From Candidatus Eiseniibacteriota bacterium (lineage in GTDB: Bacteria > Eisenbacteria > RBG-16-71-46 > JABDJR01), in contig CAVXKA010000003.1 in assembly GCA_963762255.1 (NCBI GenBank), positions 544,001-608,000 on the forward strand: a stretch of DNA of 64,000 bases, in the 5' to 3' direction. Positions within the stretch are counted from its first letter, which is position 1. Every line of letters starts with the position of its first letter. Below are positions 51,983 through 63,655 of this stretch, piece by piece. The translations under genes and the position numbers were made by a program. Below the pieces are notes generated by a model that saw only the letters and a list, made by a program, of their open reading frames with translations, made no database searches and was not told the DNA's origin.

Positions 51983-52230
51983 TCCCACTCCCCGTCGTCC
52001 CACGCCGTAGGCAGGGACCGGGCCCCTTCAATGAGGCGATCGTCCGCCCGAGAGGCCATGACAGCGAACGCCTCGGCCCACCCCGCGCGCGGCGGGTTGG
52101 CCGGGCTGATAACCAAGGTGTTTCCCTTGACTGAGATGACAACCTCTTCGGAAATGCCGGTCTGCTCGATCAGAGGTTTCGGGATTCGTATGCCCTGCGA
52201 GTTGCCAATCTTCACGATTCTCGCCTTCAT
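51976..52230 (-). CDS. mazE: AbrB/MazE-family antitoxin
   Basis: IVKIGNSQGIRIPK, RAGWAEAF, C-terminal EWEW; overlaps the toxin start. Confidence 0.95.
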   Translation of the reverse strand: MKARIVKIGNSQGIRIPKPLIEQTGISEEVVISVKGNTLVISPANPPRAGWAEAFAVMASRADDRLIEGARSLPTAWDDGEWEW

Positions 52231-52245
52231 GGTCGGGTCTCCTGT

Positions 52246-52283
52246 GTGACCACATTGTAATCACGTACCCTGGGCCCCGTCAA
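52246..52283 (-). promoter_or_regulatory. mazEF promoter with an overlapping inverted-repeat operator
   Basis: TTGACG-N18-TACAAT; the imperfect inverted repeat GTGATTACA-A-TGTGGTCAC covers the -10 box; AGGAG RBS follows. Confidence 0.75.
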
Positions 52284-52286
52284 GTC

Positions 52287-52302
52287 GCTCACCCGGGTGA
52301 GC
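52287..52302. repeat. Perfect 16-bp palindrome GCTCACCCGGGTGAGC
   Basis: Read directly; lies between the stop of the small membrane gene and the mazEF -35 box. Confidence 0.9.
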
Positions 52303-52308
52303 ACGCCG

Positions 52309-52569
52309 CTAGCTCGCGCCTCGCTCACGTGGTTTGGCCAGCGGCTTGTCGCGCGCCGCCCTCCCCTGTAACCACCCCGTGACCAGCTCGACCACTGTCA
52401 TGCTGAGAATGAAGCACGCCCCAAGAAGGAAATACCTCATGAGAAGCCCGCGCGCGTCGACAAACCGTTCCGCCACGTCCTGGAACAGGACGCAGAGCGT
52501 CGCGAACATGCCGATCTCGAGCCAGTACGCCCTACCGGTTGACCTCCGGGACTCCTCCGTGAACAGCAT
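52309..52569 (-). CDS. Small hypothetical membrane protein (2 TM)
   Basis: 86 aa with two hydrophobic segments and a GAGG RBS; fills the gap after pyrC. Confidence 0.6.
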   Translation of the reverse strand: MLFTEESRRSTGRAYWLEIGMFATLCVLFQDVAERFVDARGLLMRYFLLGACFILSMTVVELVTGWLQGRAARDKPLAKPRERGAS

Positions 52570-52597
52570 TTCGATCCCTCCTCAACGAGGCCTCTCG

Positions 52598-53968
52598 TTA
52601 CTTCGCCACGACCTCCGCGGCCCCCTTCGGCGTCACCGACTTATCGTGGTAGAGCACGCGCCCTCCGGCCACCGTGACCACCGGCAACCCCGTCAGGGTC
52701 TGCCCGATCCACGGACAGTTGAAGCTGCGGCTCACGAAGTCGCCTGCCCGCACGTCCCAGGAAGCGCCCAGATCCAGGATCGTGAAGTCCGCGGGCGCGC
52801 CGTCCCGCACCGGCCCGTGCTCCAGATCCAGCACCGACGCCGGCCCCAACGACATCGCGCGCACCAGCGTGGTCAGATCCAGCAACCCCGTCTTCACCAG
52901 CGCGGTGTGAAGCGCCGGGAACGCCGTCTCGACCCCGATCACGCCGTTCGGCGCGGCGTCGAACTCGACGTCCTTGTCGATCTCGGTGTGCGGCGCGTGG
53001 TCGGTGGCGATCGCCGCGATCACGCCGTCCTTGATCCCCTGGATCAGCGCCTGCCGATCCGACTCCTCGCGCAGGGGTGGAGCCATCTTGAAGTTGGGGT
53101 CGTAGGTCTCGAGCATCTCGTCGGTGAAGCAGAGGTGGTGCGGCGAGGCCTCGCCGGTCACATGCAGCCCACGCGCCTGCGCCTCGCGGATCATCTCCAC
53201 CGTGGCCGCGCAGGAGACATGCGCGACGTGAATCCGACCGCCGGTGTGCTCCACCAGCCGGATGTCCCGCGCCACGATCACCTCTTCCGAGGCGCGCGGC
53301 ACCGCCTTCAGCCCGAGCTTGGTGGCCATGTACCCCTCGTGGGCGACGCCGTTCCCCTTGAGATCGCGGTCTTCCGCATGGGTCACAATCACCTTCCGCA
53401 GCATCCCCGCGTACTCGAGCGCCCGCCGCATGAGGTTGGCGTTCATGATGGTCTTCCCGTCGTCGGAGAAAGCCACCGCGCCGGCCTCCGCGAGGTCGAA
53501 CATCTCGGTGAGCTCGTTCCCCTCCAGGCCGCGACTCACCGCCGCCATCGGATAGACCATGCTCATCCCGGCCGAGCGCGCGCGCTCCAGCACGAAGCGC
53601 ACCGACTGCGGGTCGTCCACCGGCGGATGCGTGTTGGCCATCGAGGCCACCGCGATGAACCCGCCCCGCGCCGCCGCCGCGGTTCCGCTCGCGATGGTCT
53701 CGGCGTCCTCGTTCCCCGGCTCGCGCAGATGGACGTGGATGTCGATGAGCCCCGGCACCGCGAGCCGCCCGGCCATACCGAACACCAGCGCATCGTCGGG
53801 GTGATCCGACCCGCGCGTGAACCGCACGAGCCCGTCCTTCACCAGGACATCGTGCTTTGCGCGCTTGCCGGTCTCCGGATCGAGTACCTCGAGCCCCGTG
53901 AACACGAGAGGCCGGCGGTGCGAGTCCCACTCCGACACCTTCATGGCTTGCCAGCGTTCCATCGTCAT
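52598..53968 (-). CDS. pyrC: Dihydroorotase
   Basis: [44 protein letters not shown]. Confidence 0.96.
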   Translation of the reverse strand: MTMERWQAMKVSEWDSHRRPLVFTGLEVLDPETGKRAKHDVLVKDGLVRFTRGSDHPDDALVFGMAGRLAVPGLIDIHVHLREPGNEDAETIASGTAAAARGGFIAVASMANTHPPVDDPQSVRFVLERARSAGMSMVYPMAAVSRGLEGNELTEMFDLAEAGAVAFSDDGKTIMNANLMRRALEYAGMLRKVIVTHAEDRDLKGNGVAHEGYMATKLGLKAVPRASEEVIVARDIRLVEHTGGRIHVAHVSCAATVEMIREAQARGLHVTGEASPHHLCFTDEMLETYDPNFKMAPPLREESDRQALIQGIKDGVIAAIATDHAPHTEIDKDVEFDAAPNGVIGVETAFPALHTALVKTGLLDLTTLVRAMSLGPASVLDLEHGPVRDGAPADFTILDLGASWDVRAGDFVSRSFNCPWIGQTLTGLPVVTVAGGRVLYHDKSVTPKGAAEVVAK

Positions 53969-54918
53969 GCCTCCACCATGTCCATGGCCGCCTCGCGCGA
54001 GGCCGGCTCGTTGCCGTTCAGGAGATAGAGCACCGCCATCCGCACCGCCACGCCGTTGGTGACCTGGTCGAGAATCACGTTTCGCGGATCCTCGGCGACG
54101 TCCTGCGCGATCTCCACCCCGCGGTTCATCGGCCCGGGGTGCATGATCATCACGTCGGGCTTGGCCGCTCGCAGCCGCTCGCGCGTCACCCCGAAGTAGA
54201 GCGCGTACTCGCGCATGCTGGGCAGCAAGTTCGCGCTCTGCCGTTCCTTCTGCACGCGCAGGATGTTCACGACGTCCACATCCTCGAGCGCTTCCTCCAC
54301 TCGCCACGTCCACGTCACTCCCATGCGCTCGATCTCGCGCGGGGTCAGCGTCGCGGGCCCGCACACGCGCACCTCGGCCCCCATCTTGGTCAGGCCCCAG
54401 ATGTTCGAACGCGCCACCCGGCTGTGGGTCAGGTCGCCCACGATCGCGACCTTGATCCCCGTGAGGGTGCCGAGCTTGCGCCGCATGGTGAACATGTCGA
54501 GCAGTCCCTGCGTCGGGTGTTCGTGCTGTCCGTCGCCGGCGTTGATCACCGACGCACGCACGTTGCGCGCAAGAAAGTGCGGCGCGCCGGACGCACCGTG
54601 GCGAATGACCACGAAGTCCACCCGCATGGCCTCGATGTTGCGCACCGTGTCCTTGAGCGACTCCCCCTTCACCACGCTGGAGGTGGAGGTCGAGAAGCTG
54701 ATGCTGTCGGCGGAGAGCCGCTTCTCGGCCAGCTCGAAGCTGATGCGGGTGCGCGTCGAGGGCTCGTAGAAGAGGTTCGCCACCGTCTTCCCGCGCAGGG
54801 TCGGCACCTTCTTGATCGGACGGTCGAGGATGTTGCGGAACGCCTCCGCGGTGTCGAGAACGGCGGCGATCTCCTCGGCGGTCAACTCCTCCAAACCCAA
54901 GAGGTCTTTGCGGTCCAT
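53965..54918 (-). CDS. pyrB: Aspartate carbamoyltransferase catalytic subunit
   Basis: [31 protein letters not shown]. Confidence 0.98.
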   Translation of the reverse strand: MDRKDLLGLEELTAEEIAAVLDTAEAFRNILDRPIKKVPTLRGKTVANLFYEPSTRTRISFELAEKRLSADSISFSTSTSSVVKGESLKDTVRNIEAMRVDFVVIRHGASGAPHFLARNVRASVINAGDGQHEHPTQGLLDMFTMRRKLGTLTGIKVAIVGDLTHSRVARSNIWGLTKMGAEVRVCGPATLTPREIERMGVTWTWRVEEALEDVDVVNILRVQKERQSANLLPSMREYALYFGVTRERLRAAKPDVMIMHPGPMNRGVEIAQDVAEDPRNVILDQVTNGVAVRMAVLYLLNGNEPASREAAMDMVEA

Positions 54919-54921
54919 CCG

Positions 54922-55629
<708 letters not shown>

Positions 55630-55642
55630 TCACCTGGACTCC

Positions 55643-55675
55643 CCTTTCCGGGCTCTCCGTCCCGGATTAAAGGTC
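55643..55675 (-). promoter_or_regulatory. PyrR binding site (anti-antiterminator stem-loop)
   Basis: Minus strand GACCTTTAATCCGGGACGGAGAGCCCGGAAAGG has the conserved CUUUAA, a GAGAG-containing loop and a closing AAGG. Its 3' arm is complementary to the terminator 5' arm. Confidence 0.8.
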
Positions 55676-55692
55676 TACGAACTCGGCCGGGA

Positions 55693-55721
55693 ACACTATC
55701 AGGCGCGCGCGGCCGGATCAA
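55693..55721 (-). promoter_or_regulatory. Putative sigma70 promoter of the pyr operon
   Basis: TTGATC-N17-TAGTGT immediately upstream of the PyrR site. Confidence 0.55.
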
Positions 55722-55755
55722 CCCGGATTTTCTACGCGGTCTTGCGCGTCCCTCC

Positions 55756-57207
55756 CTACCCCGAGGTGCCCATCTCCTTCGACCGCACCACGACCAGCTT
55801 CTCCACCTGCATGTCCCGCAGCGTGTACGGAATCCCGCCGGTACCGAGGCCCGATTCGCGGAACCCGCCGAACGGCATCCAGTCCACGCGGAACGCGGTG
55901 TGGTCGTTGACCATGACCGCGGAGGCGTCCAGCCTGCGCGCCGCCCGCAGCGCCGTGTCGAGATCGCGCGTGAACACCGCGGCTTGAAAGCAGAAGGGCA
56001 GCCCGTTGGCCCGCGCGATCGCGTCGTCGAGGTCCGTGTAGGGATAGATGCACACCACCGGACCGAAGATCTCGAACACGCTGACCTCGGCGTCGGCGGG
56101 CGGGTCGTAGAGGACGGTGGGCGCGTAGGCGCGTTCGCCCAGCGCCTGCCCTCCGCAGAGCACCTCGGCGCCGCCCTGCCGCGCGTTCTCCACCCAGGAG
56201 GCGACGCGTGTCACGTCACGGGTGCGGATCAAAGGTCCGACCTCGGTCTCGCGCGCGGTCGGATCCCCAACCTTCAGGCGCGCGGCGGCCTCGGCGAGGC
56301 GCTCCGCAAACACCCGCGCGATCGACGCGTGCACGAACACCCGCTGCACCGACACGCACACCTGACCCGCGTGATAGAAGCCCCCCTTCGCGATCAGGGG
56401 GAGCGCGGTGTCCATGTCGGCGTCGGCGGCGACAATGACAGGCGCCGACCCGCCATTCTCGAGCGCGCAGCGCGCACCGGGGGCGAGCCGCGAGCGAAGC
56501 ATCCACCCCACCCGCGCGTTGCCGATGAAGTTGAAGAACCCGACGCGCCGGTCGGCGGCCAGCACCCCCGCCAATTCCAGGTCACGCGTCACCAGCGCCT
56601 GGCACCATTCGGGCGGGAGACCCGCCTCGTGCAGGAGCCGCACGAACCGCATGCAGGTGAGCGGCGTCGTCTCCGCCGGCTTCACGATGATCGGGCATCC
56701 GGCGGCGACCGCGGGCCCCACCAGGTGCGCGATCAGGTTGAGGGGATGGTTGAAGGCTGCAAACGCGACCACGACACCGATCGGCTCGTGCGTCGTGAAG
56801 GCCAGCCGTCCGGCGGAGGCCGCGTCGAGGTTCATCGGCACCTCGCGCCCGTGCTGCGTGCGCAGCGCCTCCACGCAGAGTCGCACGCTGTTGATGGCGC
56901 GGTCCGCCTCGACCAGCGAGTCGACCAGCGGCTTCCCGCCTTCGCGAGCAGACTCCAGGGCCAGCGTGTCCCGATGCTCGCGCAACAACGCCGCCAGACG
57001 GTCGAGCACGGCGGCGCGGCGCGCCGGACTCAACCATGCGTCGCGGTTTCGGAATAGACGGTGCGCGGTGGCGAGCGCGGTCTCGACACCTTCAGGACCG
57101 ACGCGGTCGGTCGAGCCGATCGGCGAGCCGTCGAAGGGCGAGACGACCTGATGAGGAACGGGATCGGGCATGGCGCCCGGGACGAGAAGCGCGAAGTGCT
57201 CGCTCAC
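55756..57207 (-). CDS. Aldehyde dehydrogenase family protein
   Basis: AFNHPLNL, IVKPA, LENGG, AGQVCVS, EIFGPV, MPFGG. GTG start overlaps the glyS stop. Confidence 0.94.
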   Translation of the reverse strand: MSEHFALLVPGAMPDPVPHQVVSPFDGSPIGSTDRVGPEGVETALATAHRLFRNRDAWLSPARRAAVLDRLAALLREHRDTLALESAREGGKPLVDSLVEADRAINSVRLCVEALRTQHGREVPMNLDAASAGRLAFTTHEPIGVVVAFAAFNHPLNLIAHLVGPAVAAGCPIIVKPAETTPLTCMRFVRLLHEAGLPPEWCQALVTRDLELAGVLAADRRVGFFNFIGNARVGWMLRSRLAPGARCALENGGSAPVIVAADADMDTALPLIAKGGFYHAGQVCVSVQRVFVHASIARVFAERLAEAAARLKVGDPTARETEVGPLIRTRDVTRVASWVENARQGGAEVLCGGQALGERAYAPTVLYDPPADAEVSVFEIFGPVVCIYPYTDLDDAIARANGLPFCFQAAVFTRDLDTALRAARRLDASAVMVNDHTAFRVDWMPFGGFRESGLGTGGIPYTLRDMQVEKLVVVRSKEMGTSG

Positions 57208-59354
57208 GAGACCGCCGCTCCCTCGCCTTCGATCACGATCCGCGCCGGATCGAAGAGGTGATGGAAGAACCCGCGCGCCTCGGCGAGCACCGCCAGACGC
57301 CGGTCGCGCTCGACCGGATCCTCCGACATGACCATGACGTCGTCGAAGAAGCGATCGATCGGCTCGCGCAGCTCCAAGAGGTCGCGAAGCTTGGCCGCAT
57401 AGGTCTCGGTCAGGTGCGCGAGTCCGCGCCCCGCGGACGCGCTCTTGCGCTCGTCGCGCGCGAACTTCTCCCCGACCGCGAGCGCGGCCTCGTGCAGGAG
57501 GCGTTCCGTGGGGTGCGCCGGGGCCCAGTCCACCTTCGCCGGATCGGGCAGCGACCGCTCGTCGATTCCCTTGAGGATGTTGGCCGCGCGCTTGAAGCCG
57601 ATCACGAGCCGCTCCAGCGCCTCCTCGCCGCGGATGGCGTTGAGCGCGTTCGCGCGGGCCAGCGCGTCCAGCGGATCGTCGGCGTCGGCGGCCAGGACCG
57701 CGTCCACCACGTCGTAGGTGATTCCCCGTTCGCGCAGGAAGTACGCGGTGCGGTCGCGGAAGAAGTCCGTCAGGTCGGTCGTGAGCCCCTCGCGGCGCGC
57801 CGCCTCGGGGAGCCGCCCCACCGTCTCCTCCAACACCGAAGAGAGCGACAGGTGGAGTTCCTTCTCCAGTACCATGCGCACGACGCCGTTGCCCGCGCGT
57901 CGTAGCGCGTACGGATCCTGCGATCCCGAGGGGACGAAGCCCGCGGCCCAGCATCCCGCGATCGTGTCCAGCCGATCGGCCAGCGCGAGCAGCATGCCTT
58001 CGACCGAGAGCGGCAGCGGGTCCGCCGCGCCGCGCGGCAGGTACTGTTCGGCGAGCGCGCTCACCACTCCCGCCGGCTCGCCCGACGCCTCGGCGTAGCG
58101 CGCGCCCATGATCCCCTGAAGGCCGGTGAATTCCTTCCCGTCCTTGATCATCTCGCTTGAAAGGTCCGCCTTGGCCAGCCGCGCCGCCCGCATCGCGACC
58201 TCGCGACGCGCGGGCCAGTCCGCCGCATACCACTCCCGCCCCAGCCGATCCACGAGGGCGGCCACTCGCTCGCTCTTCTCGCGCAAGGTGCCGATCGACT
58301 CCAACCAGACCACCGACCCCAGCGATTCGGCGAGCCGATCGAGGCCGGTCTTCAGGTCCACCTTCCAGTAGAACCGCGCGTCCTCGAGGCGGGCGCGCAG
58401 CACGCGCTCGTTCCCGGCGATCACGAAGCGCACGTCCTCCCACTCGCCGTCGCACACGACGAGGAAATTCGGCTTGAGCCGGCCCGTCGTGTCCTCTACC
58501 GCGAAATAACGCTGGTGGGAACGCATGGCGGTGACCACGACTTCGCGCGGCAGCTCCAGGTACTTGGCGTCGAAACTCCCCGAGAGCACGCGCGGCCACT
58601 CGGCCAGGAAGACGACCTCGCGCAGCAGACCCTCATCGGGCACGAGCCGCCCGCCGAGGCACTTCGCCTCCGCTTCCAACTCGTGGACGATACGCGCTCT
58701 TCGCGCTTCGGGATCGAGAAGCACGCCTGCCAATTCGAGAGTGCTGTCGAGGCGCCCCGCATCCACGACCCCGTGCGGGCCGGGAGCGATCAACCGGTGC
58801 CCCTGGGTTTCGCGCTTCGCGTCGATGCCGGCCACCGCGAGCGGCAGGATCGCGTCGTCCAAGAGGCACACAACCCAGCGAATCGGGCGCGGGAAGCGGA
58901 ATCGGGAGGCGTTCCAGGTCATCGTCTTGGGCCACGGAAGTCCCTGCACGAGCTTGGACAAGAGATCCGGCAGCACCTCGCGGGCGTCGCGGCCGGTCTC
59001 GTGCACGCGCACCATCACGAACTCGCCCTTGTCGGTGGTCACGCGCTCCAGCGCCTCCACCGGGACACCGTTCTTGCGGGCGAATCCCTCGGCGGCAGGA
59101 GTGGCCTTCCCGTCGCGGAATGCGGCGTCGGCGCGCGGCCCGGTCACCTCGCGGGTCAGATCCGTCTGGCGCGCGGCGAGCCCTCTCACCTCCAGCACGA
59201 GACGCTTCGCGGTGCCGGCGGCGCGCACCGACTGCGCGCCCAGACGCAGATCGGCCAACCCGGCTCGCGCGCTGTCCTCCAGCGCGGCCAGGGCCGGCGG
59301 CACGTATCCGGCGGGGATGGCCTCGGTCCCGATCTCGAGTAGGAGCCTGCTCAT
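57204..59354 (-). CDS. glyS: Glycine--tRNA ligase beta subunit
   Basis: [52 protein letters not shown]. Confidence 0.97.
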   Translation of the reverse strand: MSRLLLEIGTEAIPAGYVPPALAALEDSARAGLADLRLGAQSVRAAGTAKRLVLEVRGLAARQTDLTREVTGPRADAAFRDGKATPAAEGFARKNGVPVEALERVTTDKGEFVMVRVHETGRDAREVLPDLLSKLVQGLPWPKTMTWNASRFRFPRPIRWVVCLLDDAILPLAVAGIDAKRETQGHRLIAPGPHGVVDAGRLDSTLELAGVLLDPEARRARIVHELEAEAKCLGGRLVPDEGLLREVVFLAEWPRVLSGSFDAKYLELPREVVVTAMRSHQRYFAVEDTTGRLKPNFLVVCDGEWEDVRFVIAGNERVLRARLEDARFYWKVDLKTGLDRLAESLGSVVWLESIGTLREKSERVAALVDRLGREWYAADWPARREVAMRAARLAKADLSSEMIKDGKEFTGLQGIMGARYAEASGEPAGVVSALAEQYLPRGAADPLPLSVEGMLLALADRLDTIAGCWAAGFVPSGSQDPYALRRAGNGVVRMVLEKELHLSLSSVLEETVGRLPEAARREGLTTDLTDFFRDRTAYFLRERGITYDVVDAVLAADADDPLDALARANALNAIRGEEALERLVIGFKRAANILKGIDERSLPDPAKVDWAPAHPTERLLHEAALAVGEKFARDERKSASAGRGLAHLTETYAAKLRDLLELREPIDRFFDDVMVMSEDPVERDRRLAVLAEARGFFHHLFDPARIVIEGEGAAVS

Positions 59355-60322
59355 GCCGCCCCTCCCTTCGCCGCCTTCGCGTTGCGTTTCTCGGCCCGCG
59401 CCCGCGCCGCCTCCACCCACTTCGCGCGCTCGCCCTCGTCGGCGATCATCGGATAGCCGAGGCGCTCGCGCTGACGCATGGTGGCCTGCGCGGCCATCCG
59501 CGCGAGCTTGCGCACCCGGGCGATATAGCCGGTGCGCTCGGTGACGCTGATCGCGCCCCGCGCCTCCAGCATGTTGAACGCGTGGGAGCACTTGATCACG
59601 TAGTCGTAGCCCGGACCCAGCAGATCCTTGCTCAAGAGCCGCTCCGCCTCGCGCTCGAAGTCGGCGAAGAGATGAAAGTGCAGGTCGACGTCCGCCTCCT
59701 CGAAGTTGAACGTGCAAAACTCGCGTTCGTTCTCGAGGAAGAGCTGCTTCCAGTTGAAATCGCGCGAGATCTGCAGATCCATGATGCGGTTGGCGCCTTG
59801 CAGGTAGGTGGCCAGCCGCTCGATGCCGTAGGTGATCTCCGCCGGGACCAGGTCGACGTCGATGCTCCCGACTTGTTGGAAGTAGGTGAATTGGGTCACT
59901 TCCATGCCGTCGAGCCACACTTCCCATCCGAGGCCCCACGCGCCGAGCGTCGGCGACTCCCAGTCGTCCTCCACGTAGCGCAGGTCATGTTGCGTGAGGT
60001 CGATCCCCATCGCCTGAAGCGACTGCTCGTAGAGCGCCAGCACGTCGTCCGGCGCGGGCTTCAGAAGCACCTGATACTGATAGAAGTTCTGCAGCCGGTT
60101 CGGATTCTCGCCGTATCGGCCGTCCTTGGGGCGACGGCTCGGCTCCACGTACGCGACCTTCCACGGCTCGGGACCGAGGGCGCGCAGGAACGTGGCCGGG
60201 TTGAAGGTCCCCGCCCCGACCTCGCTCGGGTACGGCTGAACGAGGACGCAGCCCTGATCGCTCCAGAACTTCTGGAGCGCGAGGAGCATTTCCTGAAACG
60301 TGGCGGTGTTCTTCGCGGGCAT
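59351..60322 (-). CDS. glyQ: Glycine--tRNA ligase alpha subunit
   Basis: [40 protein letters not shown]. Confidence 0.98.
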   Translation of the reverse strand: MPAKNTATFQEMLLALQKFWSDQGCVLVQPYPSEVGAGTFNPATFLRALGPEPWKVAYVEPSRRPKDGRYGENPNRLQNFYQYQVLLKPAPDDVLALYEQSLQAMGIDLTQHDLRYVEDDWESPTLGAWGLGWEVWLDGMEVTQFTYFQQVGSIDVDLVPAEITYGIERLATYLQGANRIMDLQISRDFNWKQLFLENEREFCTFNFEEADVDLHFHLFADFEREAERLLSKDLLGPGYDYVIKCSHAFNMLEARGAISVTERTGYIARVRKLARMAAQATMRQRERLGYPMIADEGERAKWVEAARARAEKRNAKAAKGGAA

Positions 60323-60368
60323 GGCGGGGCCTTTCGCGGGCTGATGGAAGCCGCGGATTATATCGGAA

Positions 60369-61004
60369 TCACCCGATCGCCGCGAGCCGAGCCGTGATCT
60401 CGGCCGCGCGCCACTCGATCGCCTCGAACCGTCCCGCCGTGAGGTCCGCCGGGGAAAACAGCGAGGTTACGAACCCGACGCCGAACGCGCCCGCGGCGAG
60501 CACCGCCTCGAAGTTCTCCGGCGTGACCCCCGCGGTGGGGAAGATCCGCAGCTCGGGGAGCGGTCCGCGCACCTGGCTCACATAGGCAGCCACGTCGGCC
60601 GGCGCCGGGAAGAGCTTCACGATGTCCGCCCCCGCAGCGGTCGCCGCCATCATCTCGGTGGGGGTGAAGGCGCCCGGCACGCACGGAACGTCCAGCTCCA
60701 CCGCGGTCCGAATCACCGCGGGATCGACGACCGGCGACACCAGGAATCGGGCTCCCGCCCGCACCGCCGCGCGGGCCTGGTCCGGCGTGAGCACCGTCCC
60801 CACGCCCACCAGAAGCTGATCGTCCCGGGCGAATTCCCCCACCAACTCCAGCGCGCCCGGCACCGTGAGCGTGAACTCCACCATGCGAAACCCGCCTGCC
60901 ACCGCGGCTTGCATCGCCCGCCGCGCGGTCTCGCGCTCCGGAGTGCGCAAGATCGCGCTGACGCGGCGCCGGCCGATCTCCCGCACCGTATCCATCCTTT
61001 GCAT
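60369..61004 (-). CDS. eda: KDPG/KHG aldolase
   Basis: [39 protein letters not shown]. Confidence 0.92.
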   Translation of the reverse strand: MQRMDTVREIGRRRVSAILRTPERETARRAMQAAVAGGFRMVEFTLTVPGALELVGEFARDDQLLVGVGTVLTPDQARAAVRAGARFLVSPVVDPAVIRTAVELDVPCVPGAFTPTEMMAATAAGADIVKLFPAPADVAAYVSQVRGPLPELRIFPTAGVTPENFEAVLAAGAFGVGFVTSLFSPADLTAGRFEAIEWRAAEITARLAAIG

Positions 61005-61154
61005 GGAATTTCGTCCCCTTCCTCTTGGAAGCCTCGTCATCCAGGCGCATAATGCGAGCCGCACGGCATCCCGATCAGTGTGCCCCCGGCCGCGGTGTCC
61101 CGTCCAGCGCGCGCAGCGACAAGCGCGCTCGCGAGCACGGAAAGGAGCCGGGCG

Positions 61155-62210
61155 ATGGATTGGAAGAACTTCTACCGCGACGAGCTTGCGTGCCCCGAAG
61201 GGCGCACGCAGGTGCGGGAAATCTTCGACTCGCTGGCCGCCAGCGACGAGGAGGTCGATTCCGCGTTGCGCCGCCGCGCGGTGCTCTCGTTCCCCCATAC
61301 TTCGGTCCGCTACTCGGGCCCGGTGACGGGGCGCGTGGTCGCGGCCCTCTACCGGGCAGGGGCGCGCCGCGTGATCGCCCTGGGCGTTCTTCACGGCCAG
61401 TGCACGCCGCTCCCCTATCGCGATCTCTTCCGCGAATACCACCGGCTCACCGCCGTGCCCGCCCGCGGGGACAAGCTCGCGCGGGAGATCTTCGAGACGT
61501 TTCGCGGCGCGTTCGCACCGCCCCCCCCGCTCTCCACCGTGTTCGGCGACGTGCCCCGCTTCGAGCCGCAAGGGGCCGGCGAGAGCCCGCTGCGCGAGGA
61601 CGCGGGGATGCTCGCGAACGAGTTCTCGCTCGACACGTTCCTCAGTTTCATGGCCTTCCAGGCCTGCCGGCTGGAGTGTGACCCCATCCCCGTCTTCCCG
61701 GTGTACGTGAGCATGACCCGCGACCCTGATGGATCCTTCGAAGCGGCCGGAGAACTCGCGCGATGGCTTCGGGCGGCGGCGCCCCGAGGCACCGCCGTGG
61801 TCACCACCGCCGACCTCGTGCACTACGGCCACGCCTATAGCGCCGCCGACGAGATGCACGGGATGCCCACCGACCCACTCGACCTGACCCGTCATTTCCG
61901 CGACCACGTGGAGCAGACGCTGGCGATGGCGCTCAAGGAGCGCGACTACGAGCGCTCCCATCAAGCCTGCTCGACTACGCTCAAGAGCGATCATCGTCAC
62001 GTCCTGCCGATCCTCGCGGAGTATCTGGGCAGAGGGGCACGGCACCGGCTGCTCTCGTTCGCGCTCTCCGACTACCAGGGTATCCTGGGGGTGCCGCCTC
62101 CCTGCGTCGTCGCCTCGGCGCTCGCCGCCTACTTCCCGCCCGAATCCGACGGCGAGGAGTTCGAGGGGGACCGCGAGGCGGAGCGCGACGCCTTCGCCTC
62201 GCCGGCCTGA
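61155..62210 (+). CDS. Divergent Memo/AmmeMemoRadiSam protein B-like protein
   Basis: SFPHTSVRYSG, VIALGVLH, TVFGDVP, EFSLD, TTADLVHYG. Confidence 0.7.
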   Translation: MDWKNFYRDELACPEGRTQVREIFDSLAASDEEVDSALRRRAVLSFPHTSVRYSGPVTGRVVAALYRAGARRVIALGVLHGQCTPLPYRDLFREYHRLTAVPARGDKLAREIFETFRGAFAPPPPLSTVFGDVPRFEPQGAGESPLREDAGMLANEFSLDTFLSFMAFQACRLECDPIPVFPVYVSMTRDPDGSFEAAGELARWLRAAAPRGTAVVTTADLVHYGHAYSAADEMHGMPTDPLDLTRHFRDHVEQTLAMALKERDYERSHQACSTTLKSDHRHVLPILAEYLGRGARHRLLSFALSDYQGILGVPPPCVVASALAAYFPPESDGEEFEGDREAERDAFASPA

Positions 62211-62992
62211 CCCCGACTGTTCGCGCCTGCCGCGAAGGACTGCGCCATGCGCAGCGACCGCAGCGATTCGTAGCGCTCGAGGTGCGACTGCAGGAAGCTC
62301 TCCAGCACCCGGGCCGCCGCGCTGACTTCCGCAGGCTCGGGAGGGTCGGCGGCCAACTCGTCGAGCTTCGCGGTCAGCAGCCGCCGCAAGGTGCGCAGGG
62401 CGGGCTCGGACAGATCCATGGCCCCCGCCATCGCGGCGGCGCAATCGCCGCAGACGATCCCGCCGGTGAGCGCCGAGAACCGCCACACCGCCGGCTCGTC
62501 GGCGCGCCGACCGCACTCCGCGCACGCGTAGAGTTCGGGGCGATGACCGAGAAACGTAACCGCCTTGAGCTCGAACGCGCGGAACACGGCGGCCAGCGCG
62601 CTTCGCGGCGCCGTCTCCAGCACTTCGAGCGCCCGCTGTGACAGCGCGTAGAGACGCCCCGGCGGCTCCTGCCCGGAGAGCACCTTGAGAAGGAACTCGA
62701 GCACTCCGGTGCCGTAGACATAGCGTTCGGGGTGCGCGGAGAGCCCGAGATGCGCATCGAGGAGCGAGGCCTGGGAGAGGAGCTGCAGCTCGCGCGCGTC
62801 GCGATGGTAGTAGACGAGATCCACGCAGGCGAAGAGTTCGAGCGAGGCCCCGAAGCGGGGCTTGGTCCCGCGCACACCCTTGGCCAGGAGCGACACCAGG
62901 CCGTGCTCTGCCGTGTAGACGGTGAGGATCTTGCTCGTGTCGCGGAAGAGGATCACGCGCAGAACGAGCGCCTCGCTCTTTTCGATCGACAT
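62129..62992 (-). CDS. recO: DNA repair protein RecO
   Basis: ALVLR...SKILTVYT..HGLVSLLAKG, FELK, CAECG...GGIVCGDC. Confidence 0.95.
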   Translation of the reverse strand: MSIEKSEALVLRVILFRDTSKILTVYTAEHGLVSLLAKGVRGTKPRFGASLELFACVDLVYYHRDARELQLLSQASLLDAHLGLSAHPERYVYGTGVLEFLLKVLSGQEPPGRLYALSQRALEVLETAPRSALAAVFRAFELKAVTFLGHRPELYACAECGRRADEPAVWRFSALTGGIVCGDCAAAMAGAMDLSEPALRTLRRLLTAKLDELAADPPEPAEVSAAARVLESFLQSHLERYESLRSLRMAQSFAAGANSRGQAGEAKASRSASRSPSNSSPSDSGGK

Positions 62993-62998
62993 ACGATC

Positions 62999-63655
62999 CT
63001 ACGCGGGCTCGGGGGGCGCCGGCTCCCGCTCCGGGGGCATGAACGCTCCCCCCGAGATCACCATCTTGAGCCCGTTCTCCACCGACATCGTCAGGTGGAC
63101 GATGTCCTTCTCGGGCACGATGAGGAAGAACCCGGTCGTGGGGTTGGGTGTGGTGGGCAGGAACACCGCACGCATTCCGCCGCCCAGCCGGCTCTGGATC
63201 TCCGCCCCGGGGGTCTCTGTCAGGAAGACCACCGACCAGATGCCCTTGCGCGGGTACTCGACGAGCCCCACCGAGCGGAACACGGTGCGATTGCTGGAGA
63301 GAAGCGCCTCGCCGATCTGCTTCACCGCCACGTAGATCTTGTTGAAGAGAGGGATGCGGGTCAGGAGCGAATCCCACATCGCAAAGAGCCGCCGCCCCAG
63401 GTAGTTGTTGACGATGAGGCCGGCCAAAAGCACGAGCGCGATCACGATCACGAGCCCCACTCCGGGGATCCCGCCCGGGCGCACCCACCCGAAGCGGATC
63501 TGGGCCCAGAGGAGCGTATCCACCCAGGACAGGAGTTGATAGAGCACCCACGCAGCCACCGCCATCGGCGTCACCACCAGAATGCCGGTCAGGAAATGCC
63601 GCCGCAGCCGCGCCGCGAAGGGCTCACGCCCCCAGAGCTCGCGCATCCGGTTCAT
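62999..63655 (-). CDS. DUF502 domain membrane protein
   Basis: FLTGILV, IPLFNKIY, VEYPRKG, VFLPTTPNPTTGF, KMVISGG. Confidence 0.93.
   Translation of the reverse strand: MNRMRELWGREPFAARLRRHFLTGILVVTPMAVAAWVLYQLLSWVDTLLWAQIRFGWVRPGGIPGVGLVIVIALVLLAGLIVNNYLGRRLFAMWDSLLTRIPLFNKIYVAVKQIGEALLSSNRTVFRSVGLVEYPRKGIWSVVFLTETPGAEIQSRLGGGMRAVFLPTTPNPTTGFFLIVPEKDIVHLTMSVENGLKMVISGGAFMPPEREPAPPEPA

Noticed and set aside
51517-52302. Palindromes as a CRISPR array, IS ends or a canonical integron
   Set aside because: They are too short and irregularly spaced for CRISPR. No transposase, target-site duplication or integrase is visible, and I could not confirm canonical attC R boxes.
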